Source: Bacteroidia bacterium
Lineage (GTDB): Bacteria > Bacteroidota > Bacteroidia > SXHM01
NCBI GenBank assembly: GCA_020054035.1
Contig: JAGVLY010000017.1
Span: 1,961-65,960 of the forward strand
Reading direction: 5' to 3'
Length of the DNA stretch: 64,000 nt
Shown: piece by piece, positions 47,839-56,730 of the stretch
How the letters are laid out: every line of letters starts with the position of its first letter
Position numbering within the stretch: the first letter of the stretch is position 1
The notes under the pieces: generated by a model
Database searches by the model: none
Told to the model about the DNA's origin: nothing
The model's input: the letters and a program-made list of their open reading frames with translations, nothing else
Made by a program: the position numbers and the translations under genes

Positions 47839-48898
47839 CGAAAACAGTAATCACCTGACATATTTTAAAGTTCAAAACTTTAAATGTTTTGATTCTATTG
47901 AATTAGAAGATATAGGACTAATTAATTTTATTGTTGGTGATAATAACGTTGGGAAAACAAGTTTGCTGGAAGCCTTAACATTTGAGAATGATTTGTATTT
48001 TTTCAATTCAAATCTTGAAGATTTATTGTTCGACAGAGATTTAACCTCAGTTGAGAATACTTACAATGCAGAAAAACAACTTCCACTAAATTTTTATAAA
48101 ATTTTCTTAAATCAAAAGACAAAAAAGCAAATACTACAATTTGATTACAGGTTAAATGAAAATATAAAATTTGATTATTCTACAGAGGTAAAGCTATTTG
48201 AAGATGATGGTAAGTTTCATGATATTAAACCATTACTGTCTGAAGAGAAAATAATGTTCCGAAATGGAGAGTATGCTGTAATGAAAACAAATGGCGATGA
48301 TTCACTCACTGAAACACATTTACTCCCATTACTTGGCACTAATTCTTCTTCAGATTTAGTTGAATATTATGAAGCAACTTTGCAAGATAGCCCGATTTTA
48401 AAAAAACAATTCATTGAAGAACTTAAATATTTTATCCCCGATTTATTAAACATAGAAATTCGGATTTCAAAAGATCAATTTTCATTTCCTCATTTAATAG
48501 CAGCATTAGATTCTGTTGGCAAAACCATTCCTCTTTCAATGTTTGGTGAAGGTTCTTTGCGATTTTTTAAAATATTAATGGCAATCATAGTATTCAAAAA
48601 AAACAGATTAATGATTGATGAAATAGATAATGGCTTTCACTACAGTAGGTTAAAATCAGTTTTTCGTTCCATTGTAAAATCTGCCACTTCAAATCAAACA
48701 CAGTTATTTATTAGCACACATAATTCTGAATGCTTACGTTCCTTCAAGGAAGTTTTAGAAGAAATTGAATTCACACATCTTCAAAAAGATGTAAGAAGCT
48801 ACTCATTAAAAAAGCTACCAAATGAGAGCATCAAAGCCTACAAATACAATTTTGAAGAATTTGAACATGCAATAAACCAAGAAGTAGAATTGAGGTAA
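47831..48898 (+). CDS. ABC-type (AAA_21/AAA_15-like) ATPase of a two-gene OLD/PARIS/AbiL-class module
   Basis: 355 aa. Walker A is GDNNVGKTS and Walker B is RLMIDEIDNGFH. A signature-like SMFGEGSLRF and an H-loop FISTHN are present. The gene is AT-rich, overlaps the ugd stop by 8 nt and overlaps the next gene as TAATG. Confidence 0.8.
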   Translation: MPNENSNHLTYFKVQNFKCFDSIELEDIGLINFIVGDNNVGKTSLLEALTFENDLYFFNSNLEDLLFDRDLTSVENTYNAEKQLPLNFYKIFLNQKTKKQILQFDYRLNENIKFDYSTEVKLFEDDGKFHDIKPLLSEEKIMFRNGEYAVMKTNGDDSLTETHLLPLLGTNSSSDLVEYYEATLQDSPILKKQFIEELKYFIPDLLNIEIRISKDQFSFPHLIAALDSVGKTIPLSMFGEGSLRFFKILMAIIVFKKNRLMIDEIDNGFHYSRLKSVFRSIVKSATSNQTQLFISTHNSECLRSFKEVLEEIEFTHLQKDVRSYSLKKLPNESIKAYKYNFEEFEHAINQEVELR

Positions 48899-49476
48899 TG
48901 GATAAATCTGTTCAGATTTTTTTAGAAGGGAATTCAGACAAAAAGTTTTTCACTGACTATATTCAGTTCTTGTTTCCGGAAAAATCTGAAAAATTTATCA
49001 TCATCGATGTAGGCGGAAAAAACAAACTCCATTTATCTAAAAATGAGTTCAAAAAAAATACAGATGCAGGAGGAATCAACTTAGTAATTTTTGATGCAGA
49101 TGGTGATTTTGAAAATAGAAAAAAAGAACTTGAAGCTAAAAAAATTGAGTTAGGACTTTCATTCGAATTATTTCTACTACCCAACCACAATGGAATTGGT
49201 GATTTTGAAGATTTATTAGTAGCCGTTTCTAATCAAAAACACAAACAGATTTTTAATTGTTTTGAAGAATATCAAGGTTGCCTTACCAAACATGATCAAG
49301 GATATACTCTACCCAATAAAAAAGCAAAGGTTTACGCTTATTTAGAAGCACTTCTTCCTGTTTCGGAAAATGAGAATATAAGAATTGGTAAAAGAGATTA
49401 CTTGAATGCAGAACATTGGGATCTAAATCATCCCTTTCTAAATCCATTAAAAGCATTTTTGGAAAAATATTTATGA
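48898..49476 (+). CDS. small TOPRIM-like protein (DUF4276-like), partner of the upstream ATPase
   Basis: 192 aa. It has a conserved Glu in [11 protein letters not shown], then IIDVGGKN, and an acidic DxD-type cluster in LVIFDADGD. This matches TOPRIM nucleases of the OLD family. Its stop overlaps the uxs start as ATGA. Confidence 0.6.
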   Translation: MDKSVQIFLEGNSDKKFFTDYIQFLFPEKSEKFIIIDVGGKNKLHLSKNEFKKNTDAGGINLVIFDADGDFENRKKELEAKKIELGLSFELFLLPNHNGIGDFEDLLVAVSNQKHKQIFNCFEEYQGCLTKHDQGYTLPNKKAKVYAYLEALLPVSENENIRIGKRDYLNAEHWDLNHPFLNPLKAFLEKYL

Positions 49477-50417
49477 AAAAGAGAATATTAATCACCGGAG
49501 CCGCAGGCTTCCTCGGTTCACACCTGTGCGACCGGTTTATTAAAGAAGGATACCATGTTATTGGAATGGACAACCTGATAACGGGTAGTCTCAGCAACAT
49601 TGAGCACCTGTTTAAACTGGAGCAGTTTGAGTTTTATCACCACGATGTTTCAAAATTTGTGTTTGTGTCAGGCAAGCTGGATTATATTCTGCACTTTGCT
49701 TCGCCTGCCTCCCCTATTGATTACCTGAAAATTCCTATCCAGACTTTAAAAGTTGGTTCGCTGGGAACGCACAACCTGCTTGGTTTGGCCCGCGCCAAAA
49801 AAGCACGTATGCTTATTGCTTCTACTTCTGAAGTGTATGGCGACCCGAATGTGCATCCGCAAAACGAAGATTATTGGGGCAATGTAAACCCTATCGGTCC
49901 GCGCGGTGTGTATGATGAGGCCAAGCGTTTTCAGGAAGCTATTACCATGGCTTACCACACGTATCACCAACTGGAAACACGCATTATCCGCATATTTAAT
50001 ACTTACGGGCCACGCATGCGCTTAGATGATGGTCGTGCCCTGCCTGCCTTTATGGGTCAGGCGCTGCGCGGACAAGACATCACCGTTTTTGGTGATGGAA
50101 GCCAAACGCGTTCATTCTGTTATGTAGATGATTTGGTAGAAGGTATTTACCGTCTACTGCTCAGTGATTATGTAAATCCTGTGAACATCGGAAACCCTGA
50201 TGAAATAACCATCAAGGAATTTGCTGAAGAAATTATTGCGCTGACAGGAACAAACCAAAAAATAATCTATCATCCGCTTCCAACTGACGACCCAAAACAG
50301 CGCAGACCTGATATTACCCGTGCCCAACAAATACTTGGCTGGTCGCCCAAAGTTTCGCGCAAAGAAGGCTTGAAGACTACCTTCGATTACTTCAAGAATT
50401 TACCCGAGTTTAAGTAA
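49473..50417 (+). CDS. uxs: UDP-glucuronate decarboxylase (UDP-xylose synthase), NAD-dependent epimerase/dehydratase family
   Basis: The true start is [18 protein letters not shown], so the track ORF is N-terminally extended. The catalytic YDEAKR motif is present. Overall similarity is to UXS1-type enzymes. Confidence 0.85.
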   Translation: MKKRILITGAAGFLGSHLCDRFIKEGYHVIGMDNLITGSLSNIEHLFKLEQFEFYHHDVSKFVFVSGKLDYILHFASPASPIDYLKIPIQTLKVGSLGTHNLLGLARAKKARMLIASTSEVYGDPNVHPQNEDYWGNVNPIGPRGVYDEAKRFQEAITMAYHTYHQLETRIIRIFNTYGPRMRLDDGRALPAFMGQALRGQDITVFGDGSQTRSFCYVDDLVEGIYRLLLSDYVNPVNIGNPDEITIKEFAEEIIALTGTNQKIIYHPLPTDDPKQRRPDITRAQQILGWSPKVSRKEGLKTTFDYFKNLPEFK

Positions 50418-50467
50418 GCCCTAAAGTAGAAGACCTTAAATAATTTACATTTGCGTCAAACCAAATT

Positions 50468-51064
50468 ATGGGGCGCAAATCCATCAATAAAACCCGCAGC
50501 AACAGTCCGGCAAAAAAGGATGAATTGGTGCAACGACTTATTCCTTTTTTGCAGGAAAAGGGCCTGCAGGGCATTACCATGGATAATATGGCCGGGGCTA
50601 TGAACATCAGCAAGGCCACGGTTTACAAGTATTTTCAGTCGCGCGAAGAAATACTGGCAGCCGTTATTGCCTTTAAGCTGGATGAGATAAAAAACTTTGA
50701 ACTATATCTGAACGATATAAAGGTGGAATACCTTGACCGTTATAAAAATGCGGTGCAGTATTTATCTGCCCATATCTCCGACATCACCAACCTGTTTCTT
50801 GCCGATTTGAAAACCTATTTTCCCCACCTGTGGCAAATGATAGAAGCCTTTAAAGATTACTGCATGAATGCGCTGAAAGCCTATTATAACGAGGGAATCC
50901 GCAAAGGCTATTTCAACAAAATAAACCCTGCGATAATGGTAATGAGCGACCAGTTTTTTTTAGACAAACTAACCGACCCGGATTTTCTGGTTTCGCACAA
51001 ACTAAGCATGCAGCAGGCCTTTGATGAATATTTCAGAATGAAGTTTTACGGGATAATGAAATAG
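50468..51064 (+). CDS. TetR/AcrR-family transcriptional regulator
   Basis: 198 aa with an N-terminal HTH (ITMDNMAGAMNISKATVYKYFQSREEIL). Confidence 0.85.
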   Translation: MGRKSINKTRSNSPAKKDELVQRLIPFLQEKGLQGITMDNMAGAMNISKATVYKYFQSREEILAAVIAFKLDEIKNFELYLNDIKVEYLDRYKNAVQYLSAHISDITNLFLADLKTYFPHLWQMIEAFKDYCMNALKAYYNEGIRKGYFNKINPAIMVMSDQFFLDKLTDPDFLVSHKLSMQQAFDEYFRMKFYGIMK

Positions 51065-51069
51065 GGATA

Positions 51070-51151
51070 GAACGCAGATTATTATGATTTTTATGATTAA
51101 CGCTGATAAAAAAATCTTAACCAATCTTAACAATCATAATAATCTGCGTTC
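51070..51151. promoter_or_regulatory. 20-bp perfect inverted repeat (gaacgcagattattatgatt / aatcataataatctgcgttc) with 42-nt spacer, enclosing the downstream gene's ATG
   Basis: The arms are at 51070-51089 and 51132-51151 and are exact reverse complements. The ATG at 51084 lies inside the left arm. The stop of the TetR gene is 6 nt upstream, and a T5 tract follows the right arm. Confidence 0.6.
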
Positions 51152-52325
51152 CATCCTTTTTGCATTTCTCTTTCCGATAGCCGCCTTTGCCCAAAGCGAC
51201 AGCACCCGCACCGAACTATCCCTCCCAAAAAAGTGCATTGTTATTGAACCCGGAATACGTGTAGGAAAAATAATAAAAAACTTTCCCGACTTTCCGGAGC
51301 GCGGGCCGGCTGTGCTTTCCGAAATCAATATCGGTCAGCAATGCAGCGGCAACAAAAAATGGCATCAGTTGTATGGTTACCCAACAGCAGGTGTTGCTTT
51401 CATTTATGGTATCATGGGCAATGATGATATTATAGGACGCAGCTTTGCCGTGCTGCCCAACCTTAGTTTCACCACCAAAAAATACCGCAGATGGGGTTTT
51501 CAATGGAAGGTAGGAATGGGCTTTGCCTTCTTCACCAAAAAATACGACCGCATCACCAACCCCGACAACAGGCTTATCGGCACCACCATGACCAACATGG
51601 CCATCGGCAGTTTTGATTTCCGTTACGACATTTCTAAATTCTATACCATATTGTTAGGCGTTTCGGGCATCCATTATTCCGATGCGCATTATCAGTTACC
51701 CAACATCGGTATCAACTTTCCTGCAATTAATCTTTCCCTGAAATATTTTCCATCGGGTCGCCCGAAATTGTATAAAAACGACAGCCTTCCCGATTTCGCA
51801 AACAAAATACTGTTCAATGTACGGCTTGGTTTTGGTGCCAATGAATTTGGCGGTTCGCTGCATCCTACGGGCGGGGCAACATATCCTATTTATACAGGCT
51901 CGCTGTTTACATCCAAACGCTACAGCCGCAAAAACAATGTTCAGTTAGGCATTCATATAAACTACCACACGGCTTTTTATGATTTTATTGTTCAGCAGGA
52001 ATTGTACAGCAGCAACCAACGCATCCGCGCCTTTACGGGACAGATTTTTCTGGGCCACGAATTTATTATCGGACATTTTGGATTGCTAACCCAGCTCGGC
52101 ATTTATTTCTACAATCCATTCTTCAAATATTTACAGGAAATACAGGGCGATTCAAAAGGCTTCAGCAATTGGATAAAACGTGTCAACAGCAATAAATTAG
52201 GCGTTAATTATTACTTTATGAACCCGATGAAAACCACTAAACACAATGTATATATTGGTCTTGCGCTAAAAGCAAATTTTGGTCAAGCCGATTTTCCGGA
52301 AATAAGTGTGGGGTGTGCGTTTTAA
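51084..52325 (+). CDS. outer-membrane beta-barrel protein, possibly acyloxyacyl hydrolase (PagL-like) family
   Basis: 413 aa with a signal peptide ending AAFAQS. Alternating-hydrophobic beta-strand pattern with a C-terminal aromatic (GCAF). The family assignment is tentative. Confidence 0.5.
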   Translation: MIFMINADKKILTNLNNHNNLRSILFAFLFPIAAFAQSDSTRTELSLPKKCIVIEPGIRVGKIIKNFPDFPERGPAVLSEINIGQQCSGNKKWHQLYGYPTAGVAFIYGIMGNDDIIGRSFAVLPNLSFTTKKYRRWGFQWKVGMGFAFFTKKYDRITNPDNRLIGTTMTNMAIGSFDFRYDISKFYTILLGVSGIHYSDAHYQLPNIGINFPAINLSLKYFPSGRPKLYKNDSLPDFANKILFNVRLGFGANEFGGSLHPTGGATYPIYTGSLFTSKRYSRKNNVQLGIHINYHTAFYDFIVQQELYSSNQRIRAFTGQIFLGHEFIIGHFGLLTQLGIYFYNPFFKYLQEIQGDSKGFSNWIKRVNSNKLGVNYYFMNPMKTTKHNVYIGLALKANFGQADFPEISVGCAF

Positions 52326-52454
52326 AAAAAGTTTTCAGCGTCAATACTAAAACCTCGGGGTTGCCGTTTATGAGAATAAAAAACCTTTACTTTGCGCTAC
52401 ATGAATTTCACTTTTTTTGAATTCCATGTAGCTGTTAAAAAGCACTTATCTATC

Positions 52455-53537
52455 ATGAAAAAAAACATCTTCTCCTCTCTCCCACTCCTGTTTATTTCGT
52501 TTTGTTCACTGGCACAAAACCAAACTGGAGGAAACAACACTTATGATTTTCTGACCTTGAATGCCAATGCACGCATTGCAGCCATGGGCGGAAATCTTAT
52601 TTCGGTTATGGATGATGACCTTAACCTGTTCTCACAAAACCCTGCGGCACTCAATCCGCGCATGAATAATCAGCTTACGTTAAACTATGTTCCCTATTTC
52701 TCAAAAATAAATTACGGCTATGCTGCTTTTGCAAAAAACTTCGACAGCATTCCAGGAACATTTGCAGTAGGTGTACACTACGTTAATTACGGAACATTTA
52801 CCCGTGCCGATGAAACAGGACAAGTGCTTGGCGAATTTTCTTCCGGTGAGTTTGCGCTCAATCTGGGTTATGCTCATCAGTTTGGTAAAGACTCCATGTT
52901 CTCCGTTGGCGGAAACCTTAAAACCATTATTTCTTCCTTGGAAAGCTACAGTTCATGGGGCATGGGGCTTGATCTTGCAGGAACTTACCGTGGCAAAAAA
53001 GGATTTACAGCATCCGTTGTTTTAAAAAATATTGGCGCACAGTTTCAGGCCTACACCAAAGGAAATGCGGAAGCCTTGCCCTTTGAAATTCAGGTGGGTG
53101 TTTCGCAACAATTTGCGCATTTGCCTTTCAAAATTTCCATCATCGCACATAATCTTCAAAAACCTGTTTTGCGTTATGACGACCCTAACGATCAGGAACC
53201 AACCGTTGACCCACTTACAGGCGAAGAAATAAAACAGAAGAAATACATTGGCGATAATATTATGCGCCACTTTATTTTTGGCGGTGAGTTTGCCCCCGGA
53301 AAACGTAAAATTTTCAGCCTGCGAATTGGCTATAATTACATGCGCAGACAGGAATTAAAAGTGGATACAAGACCCGGAACCATGGGACTTTCGTGGGGCA
53401 TTGGTCTTAAAATTTCAAAGTTCAGATTCAGCTATGCACGTGCGGCTTATCACCTGGCAGGAGCATCCAACCACATCAGCATCAGCACCAACATCAGCGA
53501 TTTCCACAAAAAGGAAAAGCCTGCTCCTAATGAATAG
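52455..53537 (+). CDS. porQ: T9SS PorQ/PorV-family outer-membrane beta-barrel (PorQ-like)
   Basis: Signal peptide MKKNIFSSLPLLFISFCSLAQ. The N-terminal motif is TYDFLTLNANARIAAMGG...NPAALN. Its size (~360 aa) and position immediately upstream of cmk match the PorQ-cmk arrangement seen in Bacteroidetes. The track ORF begins earlier, at 52392. Confidence 0.55.
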   Translation: MKKNIFSSLPLLFISFCSLAQNQTGGNNTYDFLTLNANARIAAMGGNLISVMDDDLNLFSQNPAALNPRMNNQLTLNYVPYFSKINYGYAAFAKNFDSIPGTFAVGVHYVNYGTFTRADETGQVLGEFSSGEFALNLGYAHQFGKDSMFSVGGNLKTIISSLESYSSWGMGLDLAGTYRGKKGFTASVVLKNIGAQFQAYTKGNAEALPFEIQVGVSQQFAHLPFKISIIAHNLQKPVLRYDDPNDQEPTVDPLTGEEIKQKKYIGDNIMRHFIFGGEFAPGKRKIFSLRIGYNYMRRQELKVDTRPGTMGLSWGIGLKISKFRFSYARAAYHLAGASNHISISTNISDFHKKEKPAPNE

Positions 53538-54222
53538 AATTACCATTGCCATTGACGGTTATTCGTCTTGCGGAAAAAGCACGCTGGCAAAGCAACTGGC
53601 AAAAAAACTCGGCTATTCTTATATTGATTCCGGAGCCATGTATCGCGCAGTAGCGCTGTGGTGCCTTGAAAACAACGCAATAGAAAACGGTGTGCCCGAC
53701 AACGGAAAAATAATCGCCAATCTCAGCAACATAAAAATTGAGTTTCGCTTTCATCCCGAAATACAATCCTCACAAACCTATCTTAACGGACGCAACATTG
53801 AGAAGGAAATCCGCGGCATGGCGGTTTCTGAAGTGGTAAGCAAAATAAGCAGCATAAAAGAAGTGCGCCAGAAAATGGTAATGCTGCAACGCCAGTTTGG
53901 CGAAGATAAAGGAGTAGTAATGGACGGCCGCGATATTGGCAGCATTGTTTTTCCGAATGCCGAACTGAAATTATTTATGACTGCCGACCCTGTTATTCGT
54001 GCCAAACGCAGGTACGATGAGCTGAAAGCAAAAGGCACCGAAGTAAGCATAGAAGAAATTGCAGAAAACCTTCGCCTGCGCGATTATGAAGACACCACGC
54101 GCAAAGAAAATCCGCTGATACAGGCGGCAGATGCTGTGGTTTTAGACAACTCACGCCTTACTCCCGAACAGCAGTTTGCCGCAGCCTGGAAACTGGTGGA
54201 AGAACGTTTGGTTACTGCATAA
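53527..54222 (+). CDS. cmk: cytidylate kinase
   Basis: The true start is MNRITIAIDGYSSCGKST (P-loop). The track ORF at 53401 is an upstream extension that overlaps porQ. Confidence 0.9.
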   Translation, partial: LMNRITIAIDGYSSCGKSTLAKQLAKKLGYSYIDSGAMYRAVALWCLENNAIENGVPDNGKIIANLSNIKIEFRFHPEIQSSQTYLNGRNIEKEIRGMAVSEVVSKISSIKEVRQKMVMLQRQFGEDKGVVMDGRDIGSIVFPNAELKLFMTADPVIRAKRRYDELKAKGTEVSIEEIAENLRLRDYEDTTRKENPLIQAADAVVLDNSRLTPEQQFAAAWKLVEERLVTA

Positions 54223-54333
54223 TAAAACCGAACAAAGAGTTCCTCTGATTGTTTATTAAAAAAATGCAACGCATTCTTTTTACTGCATCAATAATTTCCC
54301 TAATATCGTGTCCGCAAAAAATCAACTGAAATC

Positions 54334-55620
54334 ATGAGCGAAAAAGCAACCATTACCTTAGAAGGAAAAAACTTTGAACTGCCTGTTATCACTGGCACTG
54401 AGAACGAAAAAGCCATTGACATAACAAAACTCCGCGACCTTACCGGTTACATTACACTTGACTCGGGTTACAAAAATACCGGAGCTACACAAAGCCAGAT
54501 TACTTTTCTGGATGGTGAAACAGGAATACTGCGTTACCGAGGCTACCCTATTGAACAACTTGCTGAACAATCAAGCTTTCTTGAAGTAGCATACCTGCTT
54601 ATTTACGGTGCGCTTCCAATCACTGACCAGTTTGATGATTTTTCAAAAAAGATAGTACGCCATACACTTATTCATGAAGACATGAAACGTTTCTATGAAG
54701 CGTTTCCTAAGAAAGCACATCCGATGGCAGTTCTTGCTTCCATGCTCTGTACACTTTCAACTTTCTACCCTGAATCACAGCAAACCAACCGCCCCTGGGA
54801 AGAAGTAGAAACAACAGTACACCGCTTGCTGGCAAAAATTTCAACCATCTCTGCATGGGCTTACAAAAACTCAGTAGGTCACCCGGTGGTTTATCCTCAG
54901 AACAAATTTAACTACGTTGAGAATTTCCTGAACATGATGTTCTCCATGCCAACCGAGGAATATGAAATTGATCCTGTAATTGTTCAGGCACTTGACAAAC
55001 TTTTAATCCTTCATGCCGACCACGAGCAAAACTGCTCAGCATCTACAGTGCGCATGGTAGGTTCATCACACGCTAATTTATATTCTTCAGTTTCTGCCGG
55101 TGCAATTGCATTGTGGGGACCACTACACGGTGGTGCCAACCAGGAAGTAATTGAAATGCTTCAGAAAATTCAGAATGACGGTGGCAACTACAAAAAATGG
55201 GTTGACAAAGCCAAAGACAAAAGCGATCCTTTTAAACTGATGGGCTTCGGACACAGAGTTTACAAAAACTTTGATCCGCGCGCTAAAATCATTAAAAAAG
55301 CATGCGATGATGTGTTGAACAAACTTGGCATCAACGATCCAATTCTTGATTTAGCTAAACACCTGGAAGAAGTTGCTCTGAATGATGAATATTTTGTTGA
55401 ACGCAAACTTTATCCTAACGTAGATTTCTACTCAGGTATTATCTACAAAGCAATTGGTATTCCAACCGAAATGTTTACCGTGATGTTTGCGCTAGGACGC
55501 CTACCGGGTTGGATTGCACAATGGAAAGAAATGATTGCTGCAAAAGAGCCTATCGGAAGACCAAGACAGATTTACACAGGAGAAACAGAACGCAATTACG
55601 TTCCGATTGCGAAGAGATAA
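54334..55620 (+). CDS. gltA: citrate synthase
   Basis: 428 aa with conserved citrate synthase blocks (GYPIEQL, HADHEQNCSAST, GFGHRVYK). Confidence 0.95.
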   Translation: MSEKATITLEGKNFELPVITGTENEKAIDITKLRDLTGYITLDSGYKNTGATQSQITFLDGETGILRYRGYPIEQLAEQSSFLEVAYLLIYGALPITDQFDDFSKKIVRHTLIHEDMKRFYEAFPKKAHPMAVLASMLCTLSTFYPESQQTNRPWEEVETTVHRLLAKISTISAWAYKNSVGHPVVYPQNKFNYVENFLNMMFSMPTEEYEIDPVIVQALDKLLILHADHEQNCSASTVRMVGSSHANLYSSVSAGAIALWGPLHGGANQEVIEMLQKIQNDGGNYKKWVDKAKDKSDPFKLMGFGHRVYKNFDPRAKIIKKACDDVLNKLGINDPILDLAKHLEEVALNDEYFVERKLYPNVDFYSGIIYKAIGIPTEMFTVMFALGRLPGWIAQWKEMIAAKEPIGRPRQIYTGETERNYVPIAKR

Positions 55621-55629
55621 TTTCTTCTT

Positions 55630-56640
<1,011 letters not shown>

Positions 56641-56671
56641 TTAGATTTGAGACGGCAAAGATACTGCATAA

Positions 56672-56713
56672 AACAAAAAAGCCTCCGCGATTGTCGCGAA
56701 GGCTCTTTTGTTT
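56672..56713. terminator. bidirectional rho-independent terminator (A6-hairpin-T4)
   Basis: aaaaaa gcctccgcga ttg tcgcgaaggc tctttt. On the minus strand this gives a hairpin followed by T6. It lies 3' of the M43 protease gene. Confidence 0.6.
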
Positions 56714-56730
56714 ATGATTTAATATACCTG

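Noticed and set aside
49416-49472. Upstream extension of the uxs ORF ([19 protein letters not shown])
   Set aside because: It overlaps the end of the TOPRIM-like gene. The conserved Rossmann N-terminus [15 protein letters not shown] starts at 49473, with an ATGA stop/start overlap.
53401-53526. Upstream extension of the cmk ORF (track start 53401)
   Set aside because: The extension overlaps the 3' end of the porQ-like gene. The conserved cytidylate kinase N-terminus (MNRITIAIDGYSSCGKST) begins at 53527, so the extension is a frame-overlap artefact.
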